NCBI GenBank assembly: GCA_965235115.1
Contig: OZ249436.1
Location: 15,750,001-15,814,000 of the forward strand
Reading direction: 5' to 3'
DNA length: 64,000 nucleotides
Source of the DNA: Laetmonice hystrix
Lineage: Eukaryota
Below are positions 62,303 through 64,000 of the stretch, in pieces. Each line of letters starts with the position of its first letter. Positions within the stretch are counted from its first letter, which is position 1. A program made the position numbers and the translations under genes. The notes beneath the pieces are model-generated. The model saw only the letters and a list, made by a program, of their open reading frames with translations, had not been told where the DNA came from and made no database searches.

Positions 62303-62440
62303 TACGGAGCCCCTCGAAATGATTTCGTGGGAACAAAATCACATAGTTCGCTACTTCGGAAAGATTTCGTGGGAATGAAATAACAGATTTCGTTCCCACG
62401 AAATCAGTTCAAGTGAACAAAATAATATTTCCCTCCTTTG
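62303..62440. mobile_element. Possible IS3EU-like terminal fragment
   Basis: TACGGAGCCCC start with repeated and inverted ATTTCGTGGGAA / TTCCCACGAAAT motifs. The other end was not found. Confidence 0.35.
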
Positions 62441-64000
62441 TTTAATATTTTCTGTAATTTCAGGTCGGCATTTCAATTCTTCAAAAACAATCGAAGATGC
62501 GACTGACATTATGCAGGCTGTCTGATGCCTGAAGCCCTTCACAAATAGCTTTCTGTAGACTTCTATCGAATCTATATAAACAGACCCCAGGGGCATTTGT
62601 GCGAAAGGATTTGCACTGTAGGCATTCAAAGGGACACGGTGATTTCAGGAATATTGGAATGTAGCTTTAGGTTACGACAAACATACATCACCTCTCGAAT
62701 CTTGAACAGTATTGTGAGCAAGCCTTAATGTGATTAAGGCAGGGTTTCTCATGTTTAACAAGACATGATGGACCACGATGTGTGCTGTCTGCCCTGTACT
62801 TTCATTTTGGTCTAATGGTCCCTGCAAAAACGTATCTCTCAGGTTAAACTTAAAGTGGCACTATTTCTTCGCCCCAGGAAGTTGACCCCTCCCATATGGA
62901 TCCCCTGCACTTATCGTAATAAATTTGAGTGGAACCAACCCGATTTACTGTGAGAACCGACGATGTACCATGATAGTATCATGCCTGCGTCTCCGCGCCA
63001 TTTTGCCATGTTGCCTCGGCTGGGTAACGGGGGAATTCCGTCTATGCGCGCGCATAACCACGTGACTGCATCTACTTCCCGAGAGGAGCACGCGGAAAAT
63101 GGCGGACAGCGAAGAGGAGGTTAGGCCATTCGGAAAACCTCGGCCCAACTTCCGGTCGCTTCGCTGTAGTTGTGCTCGGACACCCCTCGACGCATTGATA
63201 TACATGGATTCCATGTATCGCCCCAGTGCGCAATGACACAAGACTGGCACAGGTAGTGAGATGCCGGCAAAAATTGAGTCCCTTATATATATAGTGGGTA
63301 GAGCCTCTATTAATGGTGTTAGTAAACTCATATAGACCAGATATCATTATAAAGTTGTTGTTACGTTAACAACTTTGACCAAACATAGATTAATCGAATA
63401 AAATGACCCGGCAACTTCGCGACAGCTCTGCAGGGCCGCACGGCTGGCTCCCGGTGGGGATAGCTAGGACGGCCCGGCGGTCCGCGGGCTCTGAGTCGCC
63501 CTGGCTCATAATATTGAACCACTTTGAGTATGGATTTGCCGTATTATTTACCTTGATTTGACTGGATTCAACACAAGGGTGTTCAACATAACGCTTAACA
63601 TGAGAGTCAAGTCGTCAAAATGAACCGTCACAATCGGCGTAAAATGAAAGAAGTCAAAGTTCAAACCGTCACAGAAAAACGGGTGTTACGATTCAACGGT
63701 GGCGTGTAACGGTTTGACAGGCTACCTTGATTCGATCCTCTTATCACACGGATCATACATGCTAAATAAGGGAATAGTCCACAAATTCGGTTTCAGTTTT
63801 TTGCCAACTAGTATTAACGAAGAAAGCCGTCTATTGACAGCACCACAGCCCTACACAGCCCAGACACTGGCCGTTGTTTACATGGGACGCTACGACAATA
63901 GTGCGCTGACCCCATCTGACCCAATATGGCGACCTCCGATTGGTATCCGAGTCTCTCTACATCGTAAAGGGCTCGGTGTTCCGAATGGAGGTTAGGCATG

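Overview
This is repeat-rich animal genomic DNA, probably from a bilaterian invertebrate (inferred from the receptor type and transposon repertoire), not prokaryotic DNA. The only clear host gene is the first coding exon of a class A (rhodopsin-like) neuropeptide-type GPCR (40918-41426, +). It is split inside its ERY motif, and I see no next exon in the remaining 22.5 kb. The rest is mobile-element debris and tandem arrays: a decayed PIF/Harbinger whose transposase and MADF-BESS exons are interleaved on opposite strands (about 5.0-7.3 kb), a foldback-type IS3EU-like element with a perfect 6-bp TSD (52922-54323), a deleted Tc1/mariner element inside an L2/CR1-type LINE 3' end, a DIRS/Ngaro-like gag relic with a 33-bp minisatellite, several Kolobok-like (TTAA) and Harbinger-like (TWA/CAG) MITEs, tRNA-derived SINE sequences, and more than a dozen mini- and microsatellites. 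I found no CRISPR array, rRNA or intact tRNA, and I cannot support a clearly new biological system. The best leads are listed under findings. All family assignments come from motif recognition by eye, with no database searches.
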